From Podarcis muralis (taxonomy: Eukaryota), in NCBI RefSeq assembly GCF_964188315.1, contig NC_135673.1, positions 2,108,001-2,172,000 of the forward strand: a DNA stretch of 64,000 nt. Reading direction: 5' to 3'. The notes under the pieces are model-generated. The model was not told where the DNA came from, did no database searches, and worked only from the letters and a program-made list of their open reading frames with translations. Made by a program: the position numbers and the translations under genes. Positions 1 through 13,252 of the stretch are shown here, in pieces (the first letter of the stretch is position 1; each line of letters begins with the position of its first letter).

Positions 1-888
1 AACCAGGCAATGTTGTAGCTCACAGCCAGTATTTTGAATTGAGTCCAGAAACAAAGTGACCTCCCAGCAAGGGGAATTACATTTCCCAGCATTTGCATCA
101 CATCTTATGTGGGCTGTCCTATCGTTTTGGTGCTATCCTCCTGCCATGGCTCCCACCTGAACTGTCTTCCAGAGTCTGGCTTGAAGGGTTAGAACACAGA
201 GACATCAATTACGTCTCCATGCCGCGCACACACACACACACACCCTGACTCAACGCCATCTCAGCTTGACAAAACAGGTTGGCAACTTGCTGACTTGGGA
301 CCAGGTGCACTCCTTGATTTCACTTTTTTGTGGCCCTCAAACGCTTCTGAAGTTACCCCATTCTTCCATCCCATCCAAGTTCCTTCCTTCCTATTCTTCC
401 TGATTTTATAAAAGCATGACAACAAACAAGTAGGCTTTAACTAAAGTCAGAAAGGAATTAATTTCACTTGCTTCGCAGAACAGTAATTGTATCGGTCCAC
501 TAAAGTACTAACAAGAAATCCTCTGTATGCTTCCTTGAGTGTACTCCAATCCAACTCAGTGGAGCTTACACCCACCTAGACCTGCAGGGGACTAGCAATT
601 CTAATGTGAAAACTGGTAAAAGCCATGGTGAAAACTGATAAAAGGCAGTCTTATTTCAAGGTTAGTTTATCCAGAAAACTTAAGTCTCCGGCTCCACCCA
701 CTGTCAGTATGTGGCTCTGAACAGATGACCCCAGACGGAATGAGGTCCTCGATAGGAAAAAGATTCCCTACATTCGACTATCTGGGATTGGCCACTGATC
801 ATTGCATGCATATCTAGAGAAATATACAGGAAACAACTTACACATCTCAAGCAATCTGACCCAAACAGGAAAGTCACTGATCACAAAC

Positions 889-991
889 CTTTCGGTGTTT
901 CTTCATTCAGTTTATGGAAGTGTGGAGACTTTGTGTTCCAGCTCCCAGTGATGACATAGGACTTCCCATCAGAACTTTTGCCCATAGACTC
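889..991 (-). CDS. RABGAP1: RABGAP1 coding exon 8 ([34 protein letters not shown]); gene continues beyond position 1
   Basis: Acceptor ttttAG at 993-992; donor G|GTTTGT at 888; 103 nt. The next exon (recalled as KVLFMTTAVDL...) was not found in 1-888. Confidence 0.94.
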
Positions 992-1147
992 CTAAAACCA
1001 TAGAACAGGGTGAGTTAAAACAAAGCCCATAGGCTCTGCTAGATCAGATCACAAAATACACTTGAAATCACTGGAAACACACAAGCAACATGTCATTTAG
1101 TGGGGCTATTTGAGGGGGAAATCTCTGGAAACTGAAGGGCACCTTAC

Positions 1148-1214
1148 CAGATCCAACAGGTGCATATTGCCACTCTGCACATCCTTCCCAGGGCTAAGGA
1201 GGAGGCCAAAACAC
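1148..1214 (-). CDS. RABGAP1: RABGAP1 coding exon 7 (CFGLLLSPGKDVQSGNMHLLDL)
   Basis: Acceptor tcacAG at 1216-1215; donor CTG|GTAAGG at 1147; 67 nt; not in the ORF track because it is short. Confidence 0.94.
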
Positions 1215-1619
1215 CTGTGATTGAAAAAGAAAAAAAGCCAACCTCTAGCAACCATTTCCATGCGGAACTGTAGTTCTGAAAAAGGTAGTCAGATTTTATG
1301 GGGTACTTTGGTGGAGAAAAACCACAGTATGTACTAAACTGTTTAACAACTGCCCCATCAGCTCTTTGAGAAGAATTGAAATGAGGAACTGGGCAGCAGG
1401 GTTAGAGGAGATTTTCAGCTCAATAGTACTTTATAGATTATACTTATTTTATAGATTTTATCATGCTTTTCAAGAGAGTCTCATCACAAAGCGGTGAACA
1501 CAATACAAAAGACACCATTCAAAACTTAACACAACTCCAAACCTTAAAAATGCCAGCACACACAAAACCCCCTACAATCCACCAAGCACAGTAAGAATAA
1601 ATGTTAGCAGCATTTCAAT

Positions 1620-1875
1620 TTGTACCCCACCTATCTGACTGGGTTGCCCCAACCACTCTGGGTGGCTTCCAACGGACAGCAATAAAACATCAAACATTTA
1701 AAAACTTCCTTATACAGAGCTGCCTTCAGATGTCTTCTAAAAGTTGTGTAGTTCTTTATCTCCTTGACATCTGATGGGAGGGCATTCCACAGGGAGAGCA
1801 CCACTACCAAGAAGGCCTTCTGCCTGGTTCCCTGTAACTTCTTGCAGTGAGGGAACCTCAGTGTGTGGGCTGAAT
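1620..1875 (-). mobile_element. L2-clade LINE 3' end; related fragments at about 18640-18811 plus 19749-19830 (+), 30690-31070 (+), 41505-41610 (-), 42270-42720 (-), 45270-45605 (+), 47300-47400 (-), 53310-53385 (+)
   Basis: Encodes the L2 ORF2 C-terminus (KAFLVVVLSLWNALPSDVKEIKNYTTFRRHLKAALY) and a shared 3'UTR (GCCGCCCAGAGTGG...CAGCCAGATGGGCGGGGTAT plus TAA tail). Confidence 0.75.
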
Positions 1876-2007
1876 GATGGGGGCAGCAGGGAGGGGGCCT
1901 GTCTGATCTTACTTGGGGGAGAATTCCATGGGTGTGGGGCCACCACCAAAGATGCCCCTTCCTGCCTGCCCACCAAAGCTCTTCAGAGGAAACAGACACA
2001 AAGTTAC

Positions 2008-2118
2008 CTTTCAATTGCCAGTTCTTTGTTGGTTGTCTGTTGTACGTAAATGACGATCTTCTTGTCGATGCCTTGGCGCAGTTTAAAGCACTGCCGGTCC
2101 TTGTCTTTGGGGACAGCA
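2008..2118 (-). CDS. RABGAP1: RABGAP1 coding exon 6 (AVPKDKDRQCFKLRQGIDKKIVIYVQQTTNKELAIER)
   Basis: Acceptor cAG at 2120-2119; donor AG|GTAACT at 2007; 111 nt. Confidence 0.96.
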
Positions 2119-3958
2119 CTGTGGTCAAAAAGGGAAATGTTCACACGGTCCTCTTATTTGTAGTCACAAATTTGAGAACAGAATCAGTAGGCAAGTGACA
2201 GTTTTCACAGCCTGGTGAGTCCAGAAATCTAAGAGAGTTGGTGATTCGACAAGGACAACAGCATGCCCTGAAACAGGAATCACCAACATTTGCAACCACA
2301 CACACCTCTCTCTTGCTCTCCATCCCACACCTGAAATAAGGCGGCGGGGGGGGGGGGGTCAGTGCTTATAGTTTCTTTCAAGCATATTGAAGGTGGTGGG
2401 TAGTCTTAATGGAAAACTGCAGCTAGGGAGGCAAGAATAAATCTCCAGGACACATACCACAACAACAATTAGGCTTGAAAAGGCTTTTTAGAGTCTGATT
2501 GTGGCAGGGTACGGAAGGATGGCAGGAAATAAGTGTTCCAACCAATATTGGAGAACAAACAGTAGAGTGTAGAGGAATGAAAACATAAGGAACTGGAAGC
2601 CCGAGAACGGGGTGAGAAGATCTAAGATTTAGATGAGGTGATAATTGAAGACTGGGGTTTTTTTAAAAAAAAAACACCTAAGATGTACTAGAATGTAGCT
2701 TCCTATCAACAATACGCACAGCACTCTTTTAAAAGAGGCACCAAGGTTTTAAAAAGGCACCAGTCTGTTTGACACATGTAGAGCTGCTATGACAAGAATG
2801 AACAGCAGGTGGCCTCGCAGCTCTATGGCTCCAAAGGCAGTGCACATCAGAAGGAAAAAAAGGGTGGTCACTAGATAAAGCATGCTAAGGATACAGGTCT
2901 TAAGTTTTCTGGGCTGGGCAATGGGCACTCAAATGCAATAAAGTCAAGAGACCAGTATCTCCAGCGTGTATCCAATGGGGGAAAAACCTTACACACACAA
3001 AAAACCCGCTTTGAGGGAAGGAGGCTGGAGAAGATGGGCCACTGGCCTGATACAACAAGGCTCTTCTGTTTTTTTAAAAAAAAAAAATTAAAATAATTTA
3101 TATTACACTTTAAATTTTTGTAATCACAGTATCCATACATACATCAATAAACTCTTACCGGAGCATCTTATCAGAGCATCGACCTCCTCCCGCCCCTCTT
3201 CCTGACTTCCATATATATTTACTTTAATCTTAGCATTTCTATAAGCACTTTTTTACCTTCTCTCTTATTTTTATATTTCCCCTTCCAACAAGGCTCTTCT
3301 TAGGGTCTCAAGGGAGACCTGGAGGGGCACAGCTCCCCGTTGTGGTCTTAGGAGGCCCTCCTCTTTAGATACTAATGTATATTACTTCACTTTAAAAATG
3401 TGGTTGGCCAGCCCTGGTGCCTTCGTGGGGCCTTCCTGCTCCTTCTGCTGGGAGGGGTCCTGAACTTCTGCCCCAGAGTGTTGCCCTGTCAGGGCCAGGA
3501 TCCAGCCCCCCTGATCCAGCTGCACGGTGGCTCTTCCCTTCTTAACAAAAAGGGCCACTACTGAACAAAGTCCAAACCAGAAGATAACAGCACATAAAAC
3601 TCCCATACCTGATTTCGGAGAATGTGCTTCACATTTACTTCATCTTTATTGGGAGGTAGCCAACGGAGTCCATATTTATTTCAATGGGCCTACTCTGGGA
3701 ATGCCTTAGTCAGCTATCACCCATTTTAGCTTCCCATTTACTGACCCCTCATTAACCACACCCCCTGCATCATTCATAAAAAATAAAATATACCATTTTT
3801 AAAAGGTTAACACAATAAAATCAGACTATATCCACATAAAGACCATTTCAAGCAACATAAAACAATTCTTTAAAAAGCATTTTAAAACCCAGCTAAAAAT
3901 AACTTGGACCATATTTCATGTTTAAAAGGGTTCTGGGGAGGAAGTGGGGAAAGCACAC

Positions 3959-4116
3959 CTGAAATATCCTTTCCCATCATCTTCTTTTATTTCCAGAGAA
4001 ACGGAGAAAGTAAATATGTCACTGTCTGGCGTCTGCGGAGCAGAGGGAGCAGCAAGCGGGGTTTGTTTGGCAGAGCGGCGGAAGGCGGTGGCAAAACTGT
4101 ACAGGATCCGACTCAC
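3959..4116 (-). CDS. RABGAP1: RABGAP1 coding exon 5 (VSRILYSFATAFRRSAKQTP...EIKEDDGKGYF)
   Basis: Acceptor cAG at 4118-4117; donor AG|GTGTG at 3958; 158 nt. Confidence 0.96.
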
Positions 4117-5174
4117 CTGTGGACACGAAGAGCCAGAGAGAAAGAAAGTCAGCAGCCGGGATTCCTAGTGGGGAGCAGAGTTGGGGAAACGGCTCTTTTG
4201 TTATTTCTGAGGGTGGAGTGAGTTCGTGGCTGGCTTAGCAGCTATCCAGTGCACTTTTGAAGTTAATGAGGGTTTCAACACAGGGCTGGTGAGACACTCT
4301 AATGTAGTTTTCCCCAACCTGGTGCCTTCCAGAGGCTTTGGACTACAACTCCACCAGCTCCACCTAGCAGAGGTTAATGGCCAGGCATGGCAGAAATTGT
4401 AGTCCAGAACCTCTGGAGCACACCAGGTTGAAGGCGACTCTTATAACTGCTACATTACACCCACTCTGTTTGTTTTGATAGGATATGCTTTTCCGCTTTC
4501 ATTAGGATTCTCCAAACTCCCTTCAGTTGCTCAGCCTCACTCTTTGAATTTGGTGCCTGAATGGAACACCTCTGCCATGGCTTCCTTTAACAGTGCAATT
4601 CAGTGCAATTACTTTCAGAAGTAAGTCCTACTGTGTTAAGTGTACACAAGGCTTCAGCCCAAGTCTGTGACTATGAGCCAAATCAGAAATTTGTGCCAAA
4701 ATCTAACAAATTATTCCATCTTGCAAGTGCATATCTTGAAATCCTTCTCAGCAACACTGCTCGTTATCAATGCAGAGAAGAAAGACCTGATCACAGTCAG
4801 AGCTTAATGAGCCCAGCACAGAATAACTGAAGCATAGTATGATGCTAAACTGTCAGCACAAATAAATGGCTGGAAGCAGAAGATCTGCATCATCAGGGTT
4901 ACCAAGTATCACTAAGAAGGTACTGTCAATATACGAAGGAGATTCCTTCTTTGGCAGGAAGAGGAGGACATAAATTTAATTAATAAATGAAATCTAGGCC
5001 TTAATACTGAGTCAGACCACTGATCCTTCCAGCTCAGTATTGTCCACACTGACTGGCAGCGACTCTCCGGGGTTTCTAGTACGGGATCTCTCTGGAGATG
5101 CCAGGGACAAAACCTGGGATCTTCCACATGCAAGGCAGGAGCATCAACAAAGGCGAAGCAGATGCTGAACTTAC

Positions 5175-5349
5175 AGCTTCTTGGATTTCACACCGAAAGA
5201 CATGAATTCTGAAGAGCTCTGAGTTGTAATGGCTTTCAGTGAAAGCGAAGCAGTCGCTTTCTGGAGTCCCGTCGTGTCCCCGCACACAGAACAGGATCTT
5301 GTAAATGGGATAGTTGGCTATTTCGGTGTTTGTTGGGGGTTCTAGCAGC
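5175..5349 (-). CDS. RABGAP1: RABGAP1 coding exon 4 (PTB domain: LLEPPTNTEIANYPIYKILFCVRGHDGTPESDCFAFTESHYNSELFRIHVFRCEIQEA)
   Basis: Acceptor tctgtAG at 5351-5350; donor GCT|GTAAGT at 5174; 175 nt; frame-consistent. Confidence 0.96.
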
Positions 5350-6459
5350 CTACAGAGAAAAAGGGGGAAATGAAGGTGTGAGCTGCAAATGCTTCACCTT
5401 GAAGACAGACAGGCTGCAAGTAGTTTAAGTCCAATCTTCTACTAATTAACTGGTCAATTTAAGTGAGCAAAATCTTTTCTAATAGGCTAAAAAAGGATCT
5501 AAATTGAGCAACTTCGCTCATATTCAGAAGTGCACCTTCTGCGTTTCTGCTTTCTTCCTTACTGAATGCTTTCACAGCTCTCCTTAAAGGAAGCAAAGGT
5601 GGTTTTCAAAGAAACATGTTTCCCTGATGGAGGACTGTTCATACTTGACACCCATCATGATCTATGGGATGGCTTTGAAAATATGAATTTATTCCCGACT
5701 CTCTTGAATCACTCTGTACCATCCCAAGAGTATTATATTTGTAAATGCCAGGTTCACTGATTGGAGGGCAGAGAGGACATCATTAGGCCCTCACTCCCAC
5801 TAGCAAAGACTTCCACTAAGGCAACATGACTTTCCCTATCTCTCCTCCCACCCCCAATTGGCTTCGGGGGTAGGAGAACCCTCAGAACAGCATGGGGTAA
5901 GCTGAATTGCTTGCTCTGCTGGAATAACTGCCATAGTGCAGTTATTCCTTCCACTGGACATTACAGATAATTTTAAAAATAGTTCTGTTCTTTTGCTAAT
6001 ATTAAAATCTTCCGTCCACATAAATCAGAAGTTGCAGGAGCAGACTAGACAATAATTATGCCTCCATTCTCCCTTTTATAGATTTCTTGTTTGAGTTTAA
6101 CGCCTGTTATCTGAAAAATAATAAAATGGAGTGCTAGCACAGAAAAGCCAGCACTAGCCACCAGAACACCTGGGAGGCTGAAGGTGCAAACTTCCCTTCA
6201 CTGACGTCCCCACCACCCACCTGCCTTTCTGCTGCTGGCAAATGTCTATGGAGACCAGAGAGTTGGCAGTGAACCATCTAGCCTGGTGAGAAGATCCCTA
6301 GCCCAACTGAACTGCATCTAAGTCAGACTGCTGCGGTCACCGTGGAGTGAAGCAAGACCACACACTTACTTACAGTACGGGTTGGCTTTATTTATTTATT
6401 TTGCCCAGTAACTTAAGATTTTGCACTGTACTTGTATCTAGATTCATTTCTTTGCAATA

Positions 6460-6676
6460 CAGTAAGCCCGCAACGTTCGCACATTTAACTTGTGTACATT
6501 CAGCTTTACAAGCGTCAGAAAATAATTTATAAAAATTAAAAAGAGGCTGGGTACTGGGGGGAAAGATGTTTGCAATCCCACCCACCATTTCACCTTGAAG
6601 TGTTTTGACTATACGTGATTTTGGCTTTAGGCATAATGTCAAGAATGTAACCCCTGCGTAAGTTGTGGGCTTGCTG
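6460..6676. mobile_element. Old Tc1/mariner-type MITE
   Basis: TIRs CAGTAAGCCCGCAACGTTCGC vs reverse complement CAGCAAGCCCACAACTTACGC; TA on the left, CA on the right. Confidence 0.6.
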
Positions 6677-7045
6677 CACTGGCATTTATCCTATGTTTCC
6701 TGAAATGTTTTTTTGTCTTATTTGAATGCCTTGACATGTTCCATAGCAAGTTGTGTCCCGTCCCCCCCAACGTTTTGTACTTTGATAAACTGCTTTAGCA
6801 CTGTGGACAAACAGCACAGAAATAAATGAAACTTTAAAAAAAGAAAATAAACAGCCACAATTTACAACCAGTTTATCAAAGAAGACACTTTTCAGAAGAT
6901 TGTCTTGGTGTTGCCCCATAGTAACCATGAGGCAACTTAGAAAATATTGCCACAGTATACAAAGCAGGTCATAAAAAACACCACTGCCAACGACAGGTGG
7001 ACCTACAGAGCCTCCCACAATGCCACACCACAGGTGGGAAAGTAC

Positions 7046-7250
7046 CTCACAGTTCCCTCCGACACATTAGGAACCGAAAGAGTCACGTCCACGGAAATCT
7101 CACACTGGCTTCGCAAGATGGACATCATCCTCAGGGCCTCCACCTCGCTCCTGGGAGCATTGACCGAGGCACAGCCCAAGTAAGTGAGCTTGCTGAAGAC
7201 AACGCTGTCCTCATCAGCAACTGGAGTAAAAGGACTTGACTCCTCGGAAT
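7046..7250 (-). CDS. RABGAP1: RABGAP1 coding exon 3 (start of PTB/PID domain: DSEESSPFTPVADEDSVVFSKLTYLGCASVNAPRSEVEALRMMSILR...)
   Basis: Acceptor ttttgtAG at 7252-7251; donor AG|GTACT at 7045; 205 nt; near-identical to recalled RABGAP1. Confidence 0.96.
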
Positions 7251-8338
7251 CTACAAAACAGCAGAAAAGCGGAGTCCGTTAATTTGTGTATCAAATTGCT
7301 AAATTGGATCAGTATCCTCTACCACTCACATTAAGTTAAAATGAGTCTCTCCTGTGTAACCAATCTGACTCTCAGATATGACTATTTGCACCCTATCTGA
7401 TTTGCAGAGTTTGGATCTGCACCATTAAGCAGCGGTGCCAATGGGAAGCTTTCAATCAATGATTGAAATTGGCCCCTTCCCCCTTAAAAAGCAACCCACC
7501 CTTTAGGGAATGGTTGTGAAAGACCAGCCATGATTGGAAAAACCAGTTCTGAAGAGAACAGCTAGGAAGGACAATGAAGCCCCCTGGCCAGTCTCTGCTC
7601 AGGATACACAAAGGCTGTGCATATTCTGCTCCTCTCCAAGAAAGCACCATAGAAGTGCAAAAGGCTGTATCTGGCAGGGTTCAACCTCAAGAAGATCGTC
7701 AAGTTCCTAGGCATTACTGTTGTGCAGGTTAAGACTTAATAACACATTTATATTCTGCACTTTCCATCCTTTAAGCCTACCCCCTAGGGCAAAACCAAAC
7801 CAAAATATCTAACCAAAATATCAGAACCAAGTAACAAACACCAGGGAGGACCAGGAAGTCACCGGTCCCAGTTTCATAAAAGACAGGCTTGAACAAGCCC
7901 ATTTTGACCTGCCTTGTAAAACACTCCCTATGAAGTGGTCAGGTCTCTTACAGAGCAGGGAATTGTATGTTGTGGATGCCACTGAAAAGTCCCCCATGTC
8001 CCCTGCCTTCACCATCTGAACCTCAGAGGGTAGATACAAAAGAGAAGGCCATTGCATGAAGTTAGTTGACCAGCTGCTGTCCCTTGACATTTGTCAGCTG
8101 CCTTGAATGTTTCTGCTGGCTTTCTCCATTATTGCCCAAGCTAATTGTTCATTAGCTGCCTTGAGTGTCATTTTGACAGGAAGGCACAATATGAGTGTTT
8201 TAAGAAATGACTTTCAGAAACTCACCCCAGATTTGCTCTACATCTGTGCTTCCTTCTCTTTCTTTCAGAGGGTTCTCACAACCCAGTTGCGCCCTCTCAT
8301 TTCTCATTTCCCACCCACCTGCCCCAAATTTCTCTCAC

Positions 8339-8579
8339 CTCCCTGCGCTGGCTTCACTGGCAAGCTCATATCAGGTTTCTGGGGTCCCGCCACAGACACA
8401 GGGTTAATTGTGGAGGATGCGGAAGCCTCGAGGAGGACTGGCTCATCTCCCTCTCCTCCATCATGATGGCTGTCCTCCTCCTCGTGTTCTCGGTCATTTG
8501 ATGGGTCTTCCATGGGGGGATCCATTAGGACGTCTTCAAGCTCTTTCTGCAGTTGCTGCTCACTCCCATTCCCTATAAT
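8339..8579 (-). CDS. RABGAP1: RABGAP1 coding exon 2 (IIGNGSEQQLQKELEDVLMDPP...KPAQG)
   Basis: Acceptor ttcacAG at 8581-8580; donor G|GTGAGA at 8338; 241 nt, phase 0 to 1; continues the frame from the previous exon. Confidence 0.95.
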
Positions 8580-11337
8580 CTGTGAAAGCAAGTGGCAAAG
8601 GGTGAGCCAAAAGAGGAGAGATGGGGGCTTGACTGAGACCAGACACACATTCACTACAGGAGGCTAAACAGAGGTTAAAAGCAGTTCAAATAACATTGCA
8701 TTTGCCCAACTCTCTCAAGAGACACTGATATCACTAGAAGGTTTCATTGGGTATCTCCAATGCTCATGAAAACAATACATAAGCATACTAAGATCTCGTT
8801 CTTCTGGAGATGCAACAGGTTTGGCCAAGAAAATGCTGCACTGCTCTCTCCAGCACAAAAGCACAGGAGCAGCCCTACAGACTTCTGAATGTGCAAACTG
8901 CACAGTAGAGACACAGAATCAAGAGCAACAACAGTAGTGGAATTCTGATGGGCATTAATGACAGCAAGGAGCTGGGAACAGCGTGGCTGAGCATTCCACA
9001 GTGGTTAAAGCAGACTGGGAAGAGGCTGCAGCACCTTCACATCTCATAGATGAAGGCAACTTCTCCCAGGCACCCAAGCTGCCAGGGCTGCCCTTGTGGT
9101 CAGCACCATACCTATTTCTACCACGGCTTTCTATTCCCCACCTAATCCTTCCACATTTACCAATTTAACTAAAATGCCTGCCTGCTGACAAGTCCCAGCC
9201 TGTGAAGTTACACCTAGATCAAGTAGCATCTGACCATCCCTAACGCATTTGTGTCAAAACAATGGAATAATATAGTATTTACTAAGGAGAAAGAATGCAA
9301 AGAGGCGCCCACTCAGAAGTCTTCCCACAGCCTGCTGCATAAGGCAGCAGTGCTAGTGTTTAGCCTTTCAGACCTAGAGGCAGGGCCCAAGCCTCTGGTC
9401 AAACGTGCTGGGTGACCTTCAACTAGTTAATGCCTCTCAAGTCTGACTTGCTGCACAGAGTAGTTGTGAGGGTAAAATGAGGCACCATGTCACTGATTCC
9501 ATTGGAGGAAGACTGGGATAAAAATGTTGATTACTATTAAGCACTAAAGCCAAAGCCGTATGGTATGCGGCTCCTTGCTCCTGCTGCTCCCTCACAGACA
9601 GGGACTATGTAGCTCCCTTGGCATTACTGACTGCATTTATAACCCCAGCATTTTCTCCATGGAGCTCAAGGTGGCTCACATGGTTCCCCCTCTCCTCATT
9701 TATTGCTCACAGTGAAATAGTTTAGGCTGAGAAGCACTGACAGGCCCAAGGTCACCCAGTGAGCTTCATGACTGACTTGGGATTCAAATCTGGTCTCCAA
9801 GGTTCTAGTCTGACACCCTAGCCACTATACTACCCTGCCAAAACCACCCTGCCTCTGAGCCCCCCCTTCTCCCTCCCATCCTGTGCCACGGTTCTCCACC
9901 ACTGCCTGGCCACAAACACCCCTCTCCCCCTGTGTACCTTGGCCACTCTCCAGCCAGCTGGCTTCCACTGAAAACTGAAAGGGGAGAGTCACAGAGCTGA
10001 CACTTGGCCAGAGGTAGTTTGTGGCCAGACGCATCTTATGGCTGCTTCCTCCAAGATTTTCAAATGAGAAGTTGAAGGAAATGATTCAGAATGCAAGCAC
10101 TCCCATCTTCCCCAGGAGAAATAACTGGGTACAGCCACCTTTTAAAAGCATCCCCCTCCATCTACTCTCCACCTCACTTACCTGATGGCTGCTTCCTTCC
10201 AGCAAAGAACACCAGTCACTTAAGCCTCCAGTAGTGAAGTGGAAGTGCAAACAGTACACAAAACAGGAGTTTTCCTGCCCTGTCAACGTAGGAGTAAACT
10301 ACTGAAATGGTAGGTGTGGAGATGCCACCTAGTCACATTCACTTCCATCTCCAGGACAGGAGGCAACCTCCAGAGCCACAAAGCTGGCCAATCCTGGCTC
10401 ACAGATTCAATGCGACCGAGGCCATAGCCACATGGAACATTACTGTCTCCACTTGGAAGGAAGTCTTTCATGTATCGGTACAAGGACAAACCAAGATGGC
10501 CTGAAATCTGGTTAAGCCTGTTGAGCTAAATTAGACAGCAGGTAGCTTTGCCCTGTAATTTGCATCAGAAGAGAACGAGCCTTTGGAGAAAAGCTGTAGG
10601 CTCAGAGGCAGAGCAGTCGCTTTGTGTACCAAAGAGGGTGCCATTGTGAGTCCCTGGCATCACCAGTTAAAATAATCAGAAAGCAGGTGGAGAGGATAGA
10701 CCTTTGCCCAAGATCCTGGAAACTGTGGACAGGGGAGATGAGGGGAACAGAATCTTTTTCAACCCAAGGGCTGCACTTCATTTATAGGGAACCTTCTGGG
10801 AGCCAGAATCAAACGCAGGCAGAGCAATGCATGTGACTCTTGCCTTTGAAATGTAGGCTACATTCCAACCATGCAGCAGCAGCAGCAGCTAGGGATTTGC
10901 ACACACCTCTCCACCCAGGCAAGCTAGAGGCTTCCTCACAGTTCAAAGGTCAATTCCAGCCAGGCAAAAGAGCCCAAGGAGGATACAGAGCAAGGCTAGT
11001 GAGGGGCATGGTCTGTGGAAACTGTGAAGACGGTCCTGGCAGCCGTCAGGACTGGATTCTGCCCTGGGCCTAAGGTTCCCCACCCCTTGACATTAGGCTA
11101 TTGCCTAGGTTTCTGTGCACAGAGAAGACTCCAGCAGACAGAATGAAGAGGCATCCACAAATAATCTGCCCTTAAAAAGTCTAAATCCAAAAGGAGGGAG
11201 AGGAGATCTTTGAGGATATTTAACTGCGTAAAAGACCAAATGCAAAGGGGGCATTTCAGCTGGAGAGATTGCTGGTTTCCAGAACAAGAGAAACAAATAT
11301 AGTAGGACTTAATTGATCCATCATATGGTATAATACC

Positions 11338-11692
11338 GGGACGCGGGTGGCGCTGTGGGTTAAACCACAGAGCCTCTTGGGCTTGCCGATCAGAAGGTCG
11401 GCAGTTCGAATCCCCGCAATGACGGGGTGAGCTCCCATTGCTCAGTCCCTGCTCCTGCCAACCTAGCAGTTCGAAAGCACGTCCAAGTACAAGTAGATAA
11501 ATAGGTCCCGCTCCGGTGGGAAGATAAATGGCGTTTCCATGCACTGCTCTGGTTCGCCAGAAGTGGCTTAATCATGCTGGCCACATGACCCGGAAGCTGT
11601 ATGCCGGCTCCCTCGGCCAGTAAAGCGAGATGAGCACTGCAACCCCAGAGTCGGTCATGACTGGACCTAATGGTCAGGGGTCCCTTTACCTT
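11338..11692 (+). mobile_element. Full-length Sauria (Squam1-type) SINE
   Basis: tRNA-like head with A box TGGCGCTGTGG and B box GTTCGAATCC (11404-11413), (TTTACC)n tail, 13-bp TSD TATGGTATAATAC (11324-11336 / 11693-11705). Confidence 0.9.
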
Positions 11693-12611
11693 TATGGTAT
11701 AATACAGGTGTAAGAAACCTGGGGCTGCCCAGATATTATTGGGCCTTCAACCCCAGCCAGCATGGCCAATAGTCAAGGATGTTGGGAGTTCTGTCCAGCA
11801 ACAGCTGGAAGGCTGGAGGTTCCCCATCCCAGCGTAATATATGAAGGCACACAAGTAGACATTGGGCAGCAAGGAGTGCGTCAGCATGCCAGCCAGTGGG
11901 TTCATCATCACCCATTAACATTACAGGAACCAGGCTGTTAGTCATTGCTATGTACACTGTAGGTGACTGCAGCCCCGTTCTTGGGTCTTTGGCTGCCAAT
12001 GATGAAGCGGAATTTGGCCCACCATAGGTAACAAACTTGCTTCCCTCTAACTCAGGACCTTTTGGGTGGACCTAAGCAACATGTGACCCTCACATCCAAG
12101 CAAGTCACTGGGCTTTGAGAAGGTGTGAGAGAAGACCTCTGCCAGGGTCTTAAAGTCCTCCTGTCTCCTTTCCAAAGCAAAGTTAGTGCTTTCCCAGCTT
12201 TGGGAAGAAGATGGGAGAGCTCTAGGACCCTGCCAGAGCCTAATACACCTTTCCCAAAGCCCAGAGCTTTGCTTATCCAGCTTTAGGAAGGCAGCACAAG
12301 GGTTGGTGGGGTGGCTTTGCTTCCTCTGCCCCAGCCAGGCAATATGCAGCCAGTTAGAAACTCAGATATATAAGCTAATTGCCAAACGGCACCTTGAACC
12401 TAAGTTACGGTCACCACAGCAGAATGTCTAGGTACTTTTTTTAAACTGTTAAATTTATTGTTATCGTTATTATTATTATTCATTTCATTTATATACCACT
12501 TTATATTTTAAAGAAAAAATCTCAAAGAGGTTTACAACATATTAAAACATCAAATAAAACAATCCAGTATAAAACAAATTCAAGCTTCAAGGAAAATATT
12601 TTGGATCCTTC

Positions 12612-13252
12612 CAGGATGGATTCAATTTAAATTAAATTTATTTAAATCACGATTTAAATCACTAGCCAGTAAGACTTGATTTAAATCATTTTTTTACAGA
12701 AAGACTCATTCTTGCTAGTACTGTAATCTTAATATTTACAACCAGATGAAGGTTTCATTTTTGGAATAAAAAAATTTCAGAGTAGTTTTTACAGTTATAT
12801 CAAAAATTACTGATTTGGTTATACTATTAGAAATACATAGACCAATAATTATGAAATTATAGTGAGGTTTAATAAGTTAACTGTTTACATTTGGACATCC
12901 TTTCCGCTGTACTTTATTGGAATGAGAAAAATAATCTTTTCCTTAATAACAATTTAAACCATTTATTTAACTAAGACAATACTGTAACATTAAAGCATAC
13001 ATATCCATCTTTGTTAACTGATGTGGTTAAACAAATTTTTTTAATTAAAAAAACTTAGTTTCAGCATTCATGAGAAACTTAAACAAATCCTTATTTCCTG
13101 ATGAATAGCCTTTGGACTATAATGTAACTTAAATAGAAAACTATCTTTAAAAAGATTTTTCCTCCAAAATCACTTTATTTTAAAAATCTGATTTAAATAA
13201 AAAAATCTGATTTATTTTTCTTTTAAAAAATCATTGATTTTTATCCACCCTG
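12612..13252. mobile_element. Non-autonomous hAT DNA transposon (641 bp, AT-rich)
   Basis: Termini CAGGATGGAT... / ...ATCCACCCTG form an imperfect TIR; exact 8-bp TSD GATCCTTC (12604-12611 / 13253-13260), the size typical of hAT elements. Confidence 0.88.

Noticed and set aside
11338-11420. tRNA-like sequences (also 48974, 57234, 13330)
   Set aside because: SINE heads fused to SINE bodies; no complete cloverleaf.
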